Assembly: GCF_009914755.1 (NCBI RefSeq)
Contig: NC_060935.1
Reading direction: 5' to 3' (one strand)
DNA: 64,000 nt
Source of the DNA: the human T2T-CHM13v2.0 reference genome, Homo sapiens
Part shown: positions 30,761 through 46,372 of the stretch, piece by piece
How the letters are laid out: every line of letters begins with the position of its first letter
Position numbering within the stretch: position 1 is the first letter of the stretch
Notes under the pieces: generated by a model
What the model was told of the DNA's origin: nothing
Database searches by the model: none
What the model saw: only the letters and a program-made list of their open reading frames with translations
Translations under genes and position numbers: made by a program

Positions 30761-33119
30761 TAGTTACAGACTTCAGATCTTGCATGTCATCTTGTTTCCA
30801 TGGCCTCTTTGGCCTTGTCTACCTTGACTTATTTGCCTTGCCTCCCTGTGTCAGTAATCTAAGGATTCTCAACATGGCTGAGGCTCAGGAATATATCCTG
30901 TTTGGTAGATAACCTAGAGTCTCTCTCTCTTCCCCCCCGCCCGCCGTCTACAATGTATTTTTGTGTCTAATGTGAGGCAACATTATAACTATAATTGGAG
31001 TCATTTTTAAAGAGTAAGTTAGCTCTAAATTTGTTGGGCTGCTTTTCTTAATCCAGTTCCCACAGCATTCTCAGGAAGACGGAAGATGGGGATGGCTCAT
31101 TAGAAATGAGTTTGAATGAAAAAGGCATTGGGGCTTGGCTTGAGTGGTGGAAAGAGCCTCCCTCAGCCTTTCTAAATTGCGTGGCTACTGAAGTTGGTTG
31201 GATCTTTGTAAGTTAGTACTTAATGTCCCTTTTCCAGGGACCTAAGATTCTCTTTTCTCTCTTTCCCGTAGAAGCCCTGCCTCATCATCTGGAGATTCTG
31301 GAGCTACTGACATTAGAGTGGAGAGACTTTTTTCTTTCACAGAGTTGTCAGGGTTGTGTACGGGGTGGGAGAGGGGTCTGTGTATAAGGCAGAATCCAGG
31401 GAATGGTGGAAGAGGAAGTGTAACATGTTTTTGTGTCTTCAATAGCTTTTCAGCACTCTTTTTTTTTTCCTCCTCTTTTCTTCTGGAGACTTTGCAGTCT
31501 CATTTGAGAAGTGGGGTCCCAAATAAAACAAGGCTGCTACACTCACCCATCTTGTGTTCCAACTCTGCTTCCTTTTCCTGAAGGCTGACAGGCTTTTTCA
31601 TATCTTGAGTCTTTGTACCTTCTGTTCCCTCATCCTTGAAGGCCCAGTTTGATCTCTTCTCTCTGGAGGTTGTCATGCCCACTTTGTGCCTCCATAGCAC
31701 TTTGTACAGCCTTTTATATAGTCTTATTCACTTAGCTGTCTGCTTCACTCTCCACATCTTGAACCTCTTAAGAGCAAGAGGCTGAGTTAGTTTCACCTCT
31801 CTTTAGCAAGCACAGGGTATGAGGGAGACTAGAGTCTCAAAAATTGTAGAATTGAACAATTCAATTCATTACATCAGTACCTTGGTACACTGATGCCCAA
31901 ATCAAAAGTAGATGATTGTGTACAACTATCTTGTGTACTTCCATAAACTAAATAAGTTTCTCTTCCATAATTCACTGTTTTGTGTATCTCCCAGGCCCAT
32001 AGCCCTTCAAACATGCAGTGCAGTAGCTGACTTTGAGAGAGAACAGAGCACAGATGTTATCTTTGCCTGCTTTGCCCTTCACCTCACAGTGCTCTTCTAA
32101 GTCCCTGGGCTTGACCCAAGGAATGAGTAGGGAGGAAATGCCAGAAATGAGCCACCCTTGGCATCCTAACTCCTTGGTTTGCAGGTTTGGCCCTGTGGGG
32201 CAGTGCAAGGTGAGCAAATGGAAAAGAACCTGTTCCCTGTAATAGCAGCTGAAAGGGATCTCTACAGATTATTACTGTCATCTTTTCGCAGCTGCAGTTG
32301 CAGCAATGAGACACTCCCCTCATTGCATTCTGCATCTAAGACAAAATCAATTCATCTTTTAAATTGGCTCTCTTGGCTTGTCCTGAGATTTCTCATAGGG
32401 CTGAGAGCCTGAAACAAGTCATCTTACCCGTGTTTTTCTACCATTGTAAGGCCAAAGACTGTGAGATTGTGTACCCTTAGCCCTTCATTTTATACATGGG
32501 GAAACTGAGGCCCACCATGGGCATAGGACTAGTTCAAGGTTGGGTGACTAGTGTCAGGTGAGGCTAGACACTGGTCTTCCAACTCCCTGCAAGGTGCTCT
32601 CTTCATTATACCCTGCTGTCTCTGATATCAGTTTATGTTTGTAATGCCTGTAGATTGTGAAGTTGGTGAGGCTGAAGTAACCAGGAAACCTGGTTTCTTT
32701 TCTTTCTGTCACCTTCCTAGTTTCTGGACATCAGGGCACAGTAGACATTCTGGGAAGACTTAGTGAAGGAGTAAATAAAAAACAAAGTTGGCCCAGGAAA
32801 ACTGCATGGTCTAAGCCAGAAGAAGACTAACGAAAGCAGATTCCTCCCAGTTTCACTGGACATCTTTGGCTTTGATGATGATTCCTGTGGTTCGATTTTC
32901 CCAGTGTTAAATGCAACCTTGGCTGGAGCGTGGAAGAAGTATGGATTGTAACTATGGTATTTTATCTGGTGAAAACCAGGTCTGTAATTAAATGTCTGTG
33001 AAAATACCACACCTGGGCTAACTGAGGATGCCTTTGAGTCTTCAGATGCCTCCCTTATTCCCTAGCAGCAATCACAAGACAGAGATTGTGTGCATCATTG
33101 AGAACTAACTACATTATAC

Positions 33120-33500
33120 ATAGGTAACATTTATTGAATGCTTACTAAGTTTTCTGGAACTTTTTGAGGTATTTACAATTCTTTTAATCTTCACAATCAT
33201 CCATGAGTAGTTACTATAATTCTTTTAACTTTTCAAATGGACTTTATTGAGATATAATTTACATATAATATACTCATTTTAAGTGCTCAGTTCGAGTTCT
33301 GACAAATGTAGTATATGCCTGCGTAACCTCTCCCCTACAATCAAGATATAGAACATTTTCATCAGTAGGTATTTTTGTTATCCTTATTCTACAAAGAGGA
33401 AAACTGAAAGACAGAGAAGTTAAGTGACTTGTGTGGGGCCCCATGGTAATAGAACCAGCATTTGAATCCATGCTGTGTGACTGCAGAGTCCACATTCTTC
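33120..33500 (-). mobile_element. MIR split by L1 fragment
   Basis: AACATTTATTGAATGCTTACTA...GAGGAAAACTGAAAGACAGAGAAGTTAAGTGACTTG. Confidence 0.7.
33230..33363 (-). mobile_element. L1M 3' terminal fragment inserted in a MIR
   Basis: ACTTTATTGAGATATAATTTACATATAAT...CAAGATATAGAACATTTTCATC. Confidence 0.7.
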
Positions 33501-33899
33501 TGAGCTGTGCTACCTTTCATCTCTCAATTTGTGGTCAAGCCATTGCCTCTCTTGTCCTAGTGGACAAGTGCATTAAGGACTAAGATGACATAGACTTACA
33601 ATCTAAGCACTAGGAGGGGTGTTGGGGAGCAAGAGGCCCAGAGATAGGCAGTGGGGAGGAATGAGATAGCCATCTCAGTACCCCTACAGTTCCAGGACCC
33701 AAAGAAGGCAGAACAACGTGCCTTTTGCTCAGCCTTTGCTTCTCCAGGCCTGCAAAGAATAGGGTAGACTAGGGAGTCTTATAATAAGGTTACCAGTATG
33801 ATATAGTATCTGAAAAAAGGACGGCTCCTAGGCTCACATAACTGGAATAGAAACATAGAAAATGAGAAGAGATGATAGTCTCATATGTTCTGAGAGTGA

Positions 33900-34145
33900 C
33901 CTTAGTAGTGGCTGCAGCCCATTCTGGACTTGGCACTATAGAGGCAACATAGATAGTCTGGAGATGGAGAGTGGCCTTGAAATCCAATCCTTTGAGGAGA
34001 GGTTGAAGGAGCCAAGACTGGATGCCCTGAAGTGAAAATGTAATCACTGGCTTCATATCCTTGAAAGGCTGTTCTTTGGCAGAGAAAACCAACTTGTTTT
34101 TCTTTGTGGCTTCAGAAGGGGTAATTAGAACCCAATGGGTGGGAT
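33900..34145 (+). mobile_element. L3/CR1 relic
   Basis: TGAGGAGAGGTTGAAGGAGC...CTTCAGAAGGGGTAATTAGAACCCAATGGGTGG. Confidence 0.55.
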
Positions 34146-34260
34146 GGTGTAGAGTATTTTGGAAAAATTAAAGTACAGTGAATATGACATATCTCATATC
34201 TCATTAGCTTGGAGTACAAATAAGATCAGATCTTTTTTCAATATTAAAATTAATCTCTGC

Positions 34261-34527
34261 AGCTGGGTGCAGTGGACCACGTCTGTAATCCCATCACTTT
34301 GGGAGGCCGAGGAGTCCAGGAGTTGAAGACCAGCCTGGGTGACATGGCAAAACCCCATCTCTACAAAAAATACAAAAATTAGCTGGGTGTGATGGCATGC
34401 ATCTGTAGTCCTAGCTACTTGGAAGGCTGAGGTGGGAGGACCACCTGAGCCTAGGAGGCAGAAGTTGCAGTGAGCCGAGATGACACCACTGCACTCCATT
34501 CTGGGCAACAGAGCGAGACTTCATCTC

Positions 34528-34567
<40 letters not shown>
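34261..34567 (+). mobile_element. AluJ/S with (AAT)n tail
   Basis: Dimer with (AAT) microsatellite at 34528-34567. Confidence 0.9.
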
Positions 34568-35177
34568 GAATATCTGGAATGAGTGTGAAATTATCTGGAA
34601 ATTTAATATGTTTCCCTTGGGGCTGTTCTTCTTCCCTCTTTCTCTTTATGAAGTATTCAAAAACTCTAAGGGCTTATTCAATCCAAAGGGGTCAGGCTTA
34701 GTTCCAAGTAGAGAACTAAAGAATCTTATTGGCCTGCTAGCGGGCCCCATTTTTAGCTTCTGTTGGTGTTGCACAGTATGGCTTTTAAAAATGGATCTTT
34801 CACAGAATGTGGTTTCTGTATTTACTGTAGCCACAAGAACCTGATTTTCCATAAGTCACAGTGGTTCATTGAGGGAGGATGATGGCAGTCCTTCAATGTC
34901 ACTCTTAGTCCCAGGGTTCACTCTGCTTGAGCTCTCAAGGTGAATGCTCAAGTTTATATGTATATAAGCTCATCCACTGGAGGAGGAAACCTCCACAATT
35001 TTCCATTTGGCTAAGTCTAGAAGTGTTTCTAGCTTCCACCACATTCTAGCTCCAGAACCTTCTCTCATGATCACTTTTGTTATAGAGCTTGGGACATCCC
35101 TTCAGCATGAGCTCTTACTGTTGGCTGTTGGTGTCCCCCCCTACCTTTAACTTCACCTAGGATCTTGAGTCTGTTAG

Positions 35178-35562
<385 letters not shown>

Positions 35563-35814
35563 TAGACCCTATGCATATTTGTTTTCATTTTCTTCAGCTT
35601 TGCATACCAAGGGGTGTTGAGAACAGTCTTTGCCAAGTCACAAAATATCCTGTTGTATCCTTTTCCCCAAGAGCAATGTGTGCTCATTTGCTTTATGTTT
35701 TATCATTAAAACAGGGCTCCTCAAGAGTGAGGGTCTGTCCCAGAATGATTTAATGTTTCTAAACATTAAAAGGGACTGACAGGAGGGACTGACAGTTTTA
35801 AAATGACAGTTTAA

Positions 35815-36134
<320 letters not shown>

Positions 36135-38174
36135 TTATCATTAGAAGATGTGAGAAGGGGCAAGTGGCCATGCAGTCTGAACCAGTATCTTGAAACCCCT
36201 TTCTCCTAGGAGGGACTCTTACTAATTTTCTCCACTACTGCCATACTAGCTTCAGCAAGGTACTGTTCTCCCTTTATGTTTGGCCCCAAGTTGGGCAAAG
36301 AACTTTTCTGTATGACATATAACTGAGCCCTATATAAAATATTTAGACAAGAATTTTCTAAAAACTAAGGGATAGCAATAGAATTGAGACTAGATAGACT
36401 AGCTTATAAAATGCTGCTTGATCTCTGGGGCTATCAGAAGATATACACTTAGACAGTACCATCATGATTATCTGGTTATGATGGAAGAGAGAGGAGAGAG
36501 GTGTGACTTCTAAAGATCCTTCTGGCTCTGAGATTCTGTGATTCTTCTAGGCTTTTCCAAACTGAAAATTCTAGAACTGACTTTGTTCTGTGATTCTTGC
36601 AAATCTTACAGGCCCAACAGTGGGGTCAGGAAAGTAGGTGACTATGACATAGTTGAGGTTACCACTGATCTCATTTCTGCATTTCTCCCAACCACTGCAT
36701 TCCACTTAGGCCAGAGAAATACAGATGTAAAATACAGCCTTTTAAATGTATGTTTTACCACAATTAAAAAAATACAGCTTTTTTATTTGTCCACAATGTT
36801 AGTCTATCCTTTCTCATTTGACCCTCCCAATACCTTGTGATATAGGCAAGAAAGTACTTATTAAGTCATTTTAGAGATGAAGAAATTGAGATTCAGAGAA
36901 GTTAAATAATTTACCTGTCCAGATTACACACTAGATCAACTGGTATCCTCAGTGCTCTTAATAAATATTTGTTAAATAAATGAATGAATCAGAACATAGA
37001 ACTAGGAACAAGGAAGATTCTTTGTTTCCTTGGCCAGTATTTTTCTTTCCCTATTCTTCTGAGCTGCCTGGGGGCTTTCTCTGAGCACCTTTTGGGTTGG
37101 CTGTTTTTGGTTGACCTTCTCTTTGGGATTCCCTTGTTCTGTAGCTGAAGCTGTGTGCACTCGTTAGAGATCATCATTCCAGTTGTGTTCCCTAAGGAGT
37201 GGGAAGGGAAAAAACACTCCACCCACTGTAAATCTTTTTTTGTTACTTGTTTTCTGGGATCTTCATATCATTGCTGACAAGAGTGACTCATAGACTTCAC
37301 TATGTGATTTTCTTGGTTAAGAGACCTTTTTCCTTAACTCCAGAAGAAATTAATTCATGGTTTTGTATGGTTAAAGCACAGCTATTTAGTAGCTTTACCC
37401 AGAACACAACAGTTCCGTCTTCTAGTGAGCCCAGACTTACCAATTTGGTTTGGCCAAAACTCTTGAATGCCTAGCTCTGTTAGGTGCTACAGAGGAAGCC
37501 GTTGGTGTGAGGGGAGGAGAGGGGCTCACTCAGGGTCCAGTTGGGGAGATAAGACACATACATAAATGGGAAAATAGTTTGAGGCAGTTTAAATAAAATG
37601 CAAAATCAAATTGTATACATGTAAATATTTAAATGTGGGGAATAGATCATAAGGGGCTGAGAAGGTATAGCAGAAAGAGTGTATGCTTTAGAACTGTAGG
37701 CCATTGGCAAGTTAACATAATTCTCTGAACTACTTTTTCCTTTTCTGTAAAATGGGGATAATAACAGCAGACTCACAGGGTTGTGAGGAATAATGAGGTG
37801 ATGTGTGTAAAGCACCAACATAGTGGCTGATGCATCATGGTAGGCATCGAACTATTGGGAAGCAGCATACCCCCATGCACTGACTGCCTCCCCTACGACC
37901 CTTTCAAGGAGCCATCCTGGAGGACCTAAACTGGAAAGGTTGGTTAGCATTTGGAGAAAGAGAAAAGGGGGGATGGCAAGCCATGAATGAAGGAACAGGT
38001 CCCACAGAGAATGTCAATCTAGGGGGAGTGGAGGATACATGGAAGAAGCAGTGGAGTAAAATTAAAGAAACAGAGAAGTTTGGACTTTATTTAAAAGAGA
38101 TGTTTTTATAGGAAGTGTTTTTATGCCATATGCATATATTTATATTTATAGAAAGGCCTTTCTTGTACTCTTCA

Positions 38175-38400
38175 GTGTAGTGTAGTAGCTAAGAGCTTGG
38201 ACTCTAGAGCCAGACTGCCTGTCTCTATATGCCACCACTTAGTTTACTTCTCTGTGCCTCAGTTTCTTGAGCTGAGAAATGGAGATGTTGATAATGATAC
38301 CTCATAGGGTTGTTGTGAGGATGAATGAGGTAACAAATATAAAGTGCTTAGAATAGTACCTGACACATGTGAGGTGCTATAATTTTTATTGTTATTATTT
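38175..38400 (+). mobile_element. MIR
   Basis: GGACTCTAGAGCCAGACTGCC...CTCTGTGCCTCAGTTTC. Confidence 0.8.
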
Positions 38401-38827
38401 AAATGAAACAAAACTTTTACAAAAGAGTACATGCCTCTACTAATGAACTCTGATAATTAAACAGAACAAAAATGGTCCACTGACTGAGGGATTGATATCT
38501 ACAGTTCGAAGACTTCTGCTGTAGGTAATGAAGATCCATGAAAGTGGTAAGCAAGGTGAGGCCTGCATAAAGTGATATTAAACAAAACAGATCTGACTGG
38601 GAGGTGCAGGATGAATTAGAGGAAAGAGAGTTGGCAATGGGCTCTTGAGATAGGGTGTGTCCATGTTAAATCACCTAACAGTACAAAACATTTGTTATAT
38701 TTGAAAGTAATTCTTGGTAGGGTTAAGCAGTAGATGTGTAGGACTTGGGCAGCCTTGTCAAATAACGTGAGTTCTGGTGAAAGGAATGCAGCAGTGTTGT
38801 AGCAAATAGTATTGCCATAGAAGAAGC

Positions 38828-38866
<39 letters not shown>

Positions 38867-38906
38867 CATATATATATATAGAGAGAGAGATAGTGTGTGT
38901 GTATAC

Positions 38907-38964
<58 letters not shown>

Positions 38965-38970
38965 TGTGTG
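38828..38970. repeat. Compound microsatellite [(TG)n(TA)n(GA)n]x2 + (TG)n
   Basis: Seen directly. Confidence 0.95.
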
Positions 38971-39248
38971 TCTCAGTGTCACTGTGTTGCCCAGGCTAGA
39001 GTGCAATGGTATGATCATGGCTCACTGCAGTCTTGACCTCCTGGGCTAAAGCAATCCTCCCACCTCAGCCTCCTGAGTACCTGGGACTACAGGTATGAAC
39101 CATCACACCCAGCTAATTTTTTATTTTTGTAGAGAGAGGGTCTTATGTTGTTGTACAGACTGGTCTTGAACTCCTGGAGTCAAGCAGCCCTCCTGCCTCT
39201 GCCTCCGAAAGTTCTGGGATTATAGTCAGGAGCCACCAAGTCCTGTCT
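38970..39248 (-). mobile_element. AluJ
   Basis: Antisense dimer; tail replaced by a compound microsatellite. Confidence 0.9.
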
Positions 39249-40881
39249 GTACATATTTTTGAGTATATAAAATGATCAAAAATAGGCTTTAATTACATCT
39301 CAATTAAAAAATGTTCAAATAAAAATAGAGTGATCACTGATGACTGTAAAAGGCAGGAAGATCTCATTAGAGGAGGCAGTACTTGGATTGGGTTTGAAGG
39401 TAGGGTAGAATTTGATCATTGGTGAGCACTGCATGGAGGTAAGAATGGATATGGTGTGTGATCGAGTTAGTAGCCAAACCAGGACTTCAACCTGGTCTGT
39501 CTACTCCAATGAGCTGTGCAGAGAAGCACTAATGGCCATATAATACCTAGACCACTTATAGCAGGCAGTCTCACTATGCATAGCCTCCATTTCCTGGGCA
39601 GAGTGGTCTGAGGTGCCTGGATGACACATTTTCAGCTTCCTTGTAAACTTGTAAGTCCCATAAGGGCCAGGCTGATCTGGCATTTGGGGTAGTGTTGAGG
39701 GTGGGAAAGAACCATAGACAGTTGCCCTCTTCCATTTGGATGTGCCTCAGGAGAGTTCCTGAGAACCTACCCTATCCTTCTTTGTAGTGCTGCCTGTGCT
39801 GTGGGCCTAGAGTGGGCCTAGCTGGAACATGGGTTTGGTGATGGACTGGTAGGTGGCAGGGACTACTGGATTTTGGATTTCCTCTCAATGAACTGTGGTT
39901 TCGTATGGGTTGTTTGCTTTGCTCTCTGTTTATACAGCATTAAAGGACTTTTATCTTTATCTTTGGCCAGCTGAAGGTTAAAACCTCCAAAGTTTGCATT
40001 TGAACTGGATCATTTCTCATTTTGGCTGGCTTTAAGTCTCATGTCTTAAGGCCATTTGTGGTACCAGCAGACCTCTTTATGAGGTAATGTGTTCCTGGTT
40101 GCTTTGGGGGCTAGTGTGCAAGGCAGGAAGTAAGTGTTTGAGAGCAAGGTAGAGAAACCTCTTGTAGAGTCTCAAGCTAATGCTTAGAGCTTTTTGAGTG
40201 CAGAGTAGTTAGGTTCTTTACAGAGTTAGATGGACTTTGCCTGGAACAGACACCCCAGAAGGATGTTATCATTGTTAAAGCAACCAGGGTTATATCATTT
40301 CTTTTACCCCAAGGCAACTCTTCTGCTAGGAGCCTGGGACCCTCTAGTCTGCTCTTAGAGAGCTTGCCAGCTGTGTCTGTGCATGCTCAGCCTTCTGCCA
40401 TCTAGATGTTTTGTATTTCCTAAGGCCAAGCTCTGAGGGCATCTTCTTTGGGAAGCCTTTCCTTGACTCCTAGGAAAGAATTAGTCAACTTGCTTCCACA
40501 GAACCTGGTATATCCTGTGATTGTAGATATTTCCTAGTAGAAAATGGGGACTACTCACATGATAAGATTGCCACATGCTATCTAAATATTACATGGCCAT
40601 TTAAGGAGTGCTTTTCTGCATCGTTAACTGGAATAGAGAAACTGGGTTGAAGTCCTGGTTTGGCTGGTAACTTGATGACACACCATACCTATTCTTACCT
40701 CCATGCAATGCCTCTTAATTACCTGTCTTCTTCACCAGACAATAAAGACTGTAAGCCGGTAAACTTTTTTTGTTTTTTCTTCTGGTAAAGCTATTGTGCT
40801 TTAATAAAAAAAGATTATTGCTCAATATAGGTTTTTCCAAGAGAGCCACAGTCCAGTTCACAGTTAAAAAAAACATCTTCT

Positions 40882-41028
40882 AGGTCGGGTGCAGTGGCTC
40901 ACGCCTGTAACCCCAGCATGTTGGGAGGCCGAGGTGGGAGGATCACTTGAGCCCAGGAGTTTGAGGCTAGCCTGGGCAACAGGAGAGACTCTGTCTCTGC
41001 AAAACACAAAAACCAACCAAACAAAAAA
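40882..41028 (+). mobile_element. FLAM_C monomer
   Basis: Left monomer with A-rich tail. Confidence 0.85.
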
Positions 41029-42304
41029 TTATCCTAGAATAGATGGAAAATCATACTAAGGAACAAAGACAACTTTCCTTTCATTTTTCCTTTGCATATC
41101 TTACACAGTCATATCACTATGACTTAAAGAAAACAAATTATCACGTATATACACAGATTCACATAAGTGACAGAAGCAAATGTATTAGTCAAAGGATATC
41201 TTCATCTATATTGAAGTACAAGCTAGAAAGTAAACTTCTTGAAGGCAGAGATTTTTTTTTTAAGTTGTGTGGCTCTACCACCTAACATAGGTTATGTACA
41301 GAATAGACATCAATAGTGAATGAACAGATGAATTAGTTAATGAGTTAATGATGGATTTTTAGCACATTTTCTCTCTTTTTTAGGAACTTAAGACCCCAAC
41401 TGAGTTGTTTAGAGGAAGGGGCCTTAGGCTGGGGCCAAATTCTATGTCTTCTATGCAGACTTGAGATAATGTGAAATGTTTTCCTTTTACAGGGTGTTTC
41501 CCCTGGCTTTTCAGCATTCTTCTCAATTCTTTAATTGCCATTTAAAGATTTGTATGCTGTGGATGAGCTGATGGAGGGGAATGTTTCCCTGAGGACATGG
41601 CTTCTCATGGCAGCCAAGGTTTTGTGCCTGATTAACTCGCTGATTGAATCACTGGCCTCTGGAGGCACCAAGGGAGGGAGCATGAGTATATTTAAGCAGC
41701 CAGAACTCTCTGTGCCTGTGTAGTGGGAGTGGAGGGGGAAGTGGGATGGGAGTGATGGTAAGTTGAAAAGAGAATGGTCAGAGAAATCTACAGTTTTTAA
41801 CTCTTCATCAATACTATGTTTTGGATTTTCCTTTTGTGACAGAGTAGTCTAGTAGAAAGAGCACAATTTAAGTAAGAGACTTTCTTCTGTCACCAACTCA
41901 CTGTGCCACCTAGGACAAATCACTGCCGCCATGTGGGCCTCATTTGTCAAGTGGGATCAGGAATCTCTGCTCTGCCTGACTCCTTGAATTGTAGTGAGCA
42001 TCGGTGAGCTGTTGGATGACAGAGCTCTGCACAGTAGAGGTGATGGTACCCTAATCAGAGCAGGAGTGTAGTGACTCTGGTCATCATCCCATCATTTCTT
42101 GCTAGGGTTTTCCTATCTCTAGAGGAATCAGCTACTAAAGCCTAGTCCTCAATGCTCAATTTCATCTTTCTGTTCTTTCCTGTCTTTATCTAGTGACTCC
42201 TCATTATATAATACGGGTGACCCAGTTGTCCCAGCAAGGCCCCTCCATATTCTCTGACTTCCCTCTATCACAGTACTCACCAGGCTGTCTTACCATTGTT
42301 TGTT

Positions 42305-42881
<577 letters not shown>

Positions 42882-42984
42882 TTATTATAATAATCATTAT
42901 TGCTTAACTTCTTCCCTGATTGAAACTCTGTTAGGCCAGGGACCATGTCTATTTTATTATTATATCTATAGTTCTTAGCACAGG

Positions 42985-43385
42985 TGTATTAGCCATTCTT
43001 GCATTGTTATAAAGAAATACCTGAGGCTGGGTAATTTATAAAGAAAAGAGGTTTAATTGGCTCACAGTTCTGCAGGCTTTACAGGAAGCATGGTGCTGGC
43101 AACTGCTTAGCTTCTAGGGAAGCCTCAGAAAGCTTACAGTCATGGTGAAAGGCAAAGATGGAGCAGACACTTAACATGGTAAAAGCAAGAGCAAGATAGA
43201 GAGGGGGTGGGGAGAGATGCCATACACTCTAAACCAGATCTTGTGAGAACTATCATGAAGACAGCATCAAGCCAGGAGGGATCCGCCCCCATGACCCACA
43301 CACCTCCCACCAGGCTCCACCTCCGGCATAGGTGAGTACAATTCAACATGAAATTTGGGTAGGGATGAATATCCCAACTATATCA
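42985..43385 (-). mobile_element. MSTA/MSTB MaLR solo LTR
   Basis: TGTATTAGCCATTCTTGCATTGTTATAAAGAAATACCTGAGGCTGGGTAATTTATAAAG...CCAACTATATCA. Confidence 0.85.
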
Positions 43386-46204
43386 ATGGGGTTGGAACAG
43401 CAGGCGCTGGATAGGAATTTCTTGAATAATAGTATACATTTGAATGCTGAATTTTCCTTATACAATACTAATTTTATGATCATGAGCAAGAGACTTGCCC
43501 TCTCTACACCCCAGTTTTCATATCTGTTAAATGGGAATCAAAATATTTGTCCTGTAGGCCTGATGTGAGAATTAAATTAATATGAAATGCCAGGAAGTGT
43601 GTAAATGTCATTCGTCTCCATACCTGTTGGCTGTGTGCATGTGGAACCCAAGAATCTGCTGGTTCCTATAGTACCCCTATAGTGAGCTAAACCCAGAGAT
43701 GCTTCTGAGGTGATGTTTTCTGGATATTTGGCCTAGGACAAAGAAAGTAGCATACTTTGAGATTATTCTTAGCATTTCTGGCCTTTTCTATCTGCCTGCC
43801 CTGCTTGTTCTTCGTTGGATTCTGGGTTCCTAAAAATAACCAGAATATTTTTCTGCCTCTTAGTTTTCCAAGTGTCTTAAGCAATCAGAAGCATTTTAAT
43901 TTTGGCTCCTTTAGGCTGGCCCTGTTTGGTTCTGTCATTGTTAGCCATTACCATATCCTGCTTATATTATGTTTCCTGACCTGCTATACTTTTTCCAGGG
44001 CCAAAACACTACCCACATCGCTCCAGGTAAATAACTTTATTTGGCTCACTCTAACCAGTTGGGAAGCACAGTGGCCCATGAGGTTAGAAGCCTTGAGTTC
44101 CAGTGCTGGCTCTGCCACTGTGTGACTGTGTGACATTGGGCATAGCCCTTTCCCTCTCTGTGTCTCAGGCTGTCATCATTAAAATGAATGATTTGAACCA
44201 ACTCAGTGCTTTGTAAGAGTCCTTAAGTTCTGTATTTGAGTTTGGACAAATCACTTCTCTTTTGGGGGGGTCTTAGTTTCCTCATCTGTAAAACTAAGTA
44301 TGTTGGCTTGAATAATTTACAAAGGCATATATAAACCTGAATATTTTCTCCTCATTCTTAGTGTTTTTTTTTTTTTTTTCTTTCTGCCTTGTATTACTTT
44401 CTGGAACATTTCTGTGACAGTTAACAGCTGTGGACAGGAAACCCTTGAACACTTCTAACTTGGCAAATGTTGCTGCTCCTCTGAACCTCATCCCAGCCCA
44501 TTTCCTGTGTTTACAGCTTTTGGGTTTTGCACTTAGTGACAGGCCTGACAGGTCATATTGTAGTTTTCTCTTCATAGCCTGGTACAGGGTAGACCAAAGT
44601 GAGCACCAATTTGAGTGTCAGAAGACAGAGTTTCAGTCTCTGCTCAGCTGTATGACCTTATGGAAGTGACCTCCCTTCTCAGGGTTCAATTTCCTCCTCT
44701 CTGGAGCCAGAAAGTTTTAACGAGGGAGGCTTTCTGGCTCTGATGTTGAATATATGTCTCTTGTTTATTACTGCTGACGGGGGCCCTCTGTTTCACCTGT
44801 TTTTTCCACATACTCCATCCTACAAGAGACACAGCAGGCTACCTTTGCATTTCCTATATTGGACAAAATAAGAGGAAGAAAGGAAGCCAAACAGCTCTCC
44901 CAGGCTCAGTTGGCAGCAGAGAGGAGTTGAGGTGAGAAGCTGGTGTCACCGAATTGCCCAGTAAATCAGCTGTGTGGTTGGTAACCAGGTAGGCACCTGT
45001 ATGCATTTATTCTTATCAAGGCTCTGGAGACAGACTGTATCCTACTTCCAGACCTACTTTCACCATATATGTGACCTTGGGGAAGTCACTTATTGTATCT
45101 GGGCTTCAGTTTTCTCATTTTTTATTGAGGATAATAAAAGTACTGACTTTACAAAGTTTCAAAGAGACAACGTATGTAGAAGTGATCAACATAGTTCCTG
45201 ACATGTTCATCCTCCCTTTCTCCCTTAGACAGTTAACAGTATTCTTAATTCTGTTCTTGTGGAGAAAGCAAAAAGACACTCAAGTTCCATTCTAGAGGAG
45301 CTAACAGGCCACATGAGAACAGAATACAGTTAGGTTTAGAAGAGCTCTTATGAGGTGGTCCGTTGGCCAGTGTAGGCTCAATACTCTGACCTCAAAATGG
45401 GAGACTTATAGGGCGCGGAGTAGTTAAAGAAGGCATCCCAGGGCCTTCCCTGGGCCTTGAAGGTTCAGAAAGTATTAGACATGAAAAGCTAGAGAGAGAA
45501 TAATTCTAGGTACCTATCTACCCTTTCTCAAGCTCTGGTGCTTTGTTTTGTATAGGTCAGTTTCCCATATATCTCCCTTTCTCTTCTTCTAGGTGGTTAT
45601 TATCCAAGGGGCTTATCTTTTCTTTTTTTAATATATAAGAGAAAAAAATTAAGGGATGAGGAGAACCTAATATTTATTAAGAACAAGCTAGTTTTACTTG
45701 AATCTGTAGGCTATGTAGTTTGCTTGCATAATCTTACTTATTTAGAAAAATACATTATTATGCCGTATTTTACAGATGAAAAAATAGTGCCTCCAAAAGG
45801 TTAGACAACTTTTCTAGCTCTACAATAACAAATTATGATGACAAATCAAAGGAGCCCTACGTGAGCCAGTTTAGAAGACATGTATAAGCAGGTGTCAGTT
45901 GTGCTTATTCATTCCAAGTTCTCAATCTATAATAGTCTGGTTCTTTTTACACTTATCTTCTAAATACGTCTATCTTATTCCTAGTTCCAACCTGTACTCA
46001 CCTCCTGCTCTTAGCAGTTATTCCCAATCCTCTAAATCTCCAGTTCTACCATTAATTTAGATTGTACCTTCCTGCCCCAACCTTAGATCCCTTAATTCTC
46101 TTCTCAAATATTTACCAAGCATCTACTATATGCCAGGCTAGACACGAATGCAAATACCAATTTCTGCTTAGATATTTCAGTGTACTAGTTAGACAATTAC
46201 AACA

Positions 46205-46372
46205 AAAATAACATGGTAATAATTGAACACTTACTATGTGCCATGCTCTATTTGAAGTACTTTATATGTATTAACTCATTTAATTCTCACAACCCTATGA
46301 GGTGGATACTGTTTTCTCCTTATTTTACAGATAGAAATGTAGGCATAGAGAATTTAAGTAATTGGTCCAAAT
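46205..46372 (-). mobile_element. MIR
   Basis: CTTACTATGTGCC...AACTCATTTAATTCTCACAACCCTATGAGG. Confidence 0.75.

Noticed and set aside
39545-39614. Imperfect hairpin ACCTAGACCACT...AGTGGTCTGAGGT as a pre-miRNA
   Set aside because: Only about 12 bp of good stem with a poorly paired interior; expected by chance
43757-44125. 122-aa hydrophobic ORF resembling a signal peptide/membrane protein
   Set aside because: Begins at a non-ATG codon (TTG), runs into a MIR, and has no recognisable homology; T-rich DNA yields hydrophobic frames by chance
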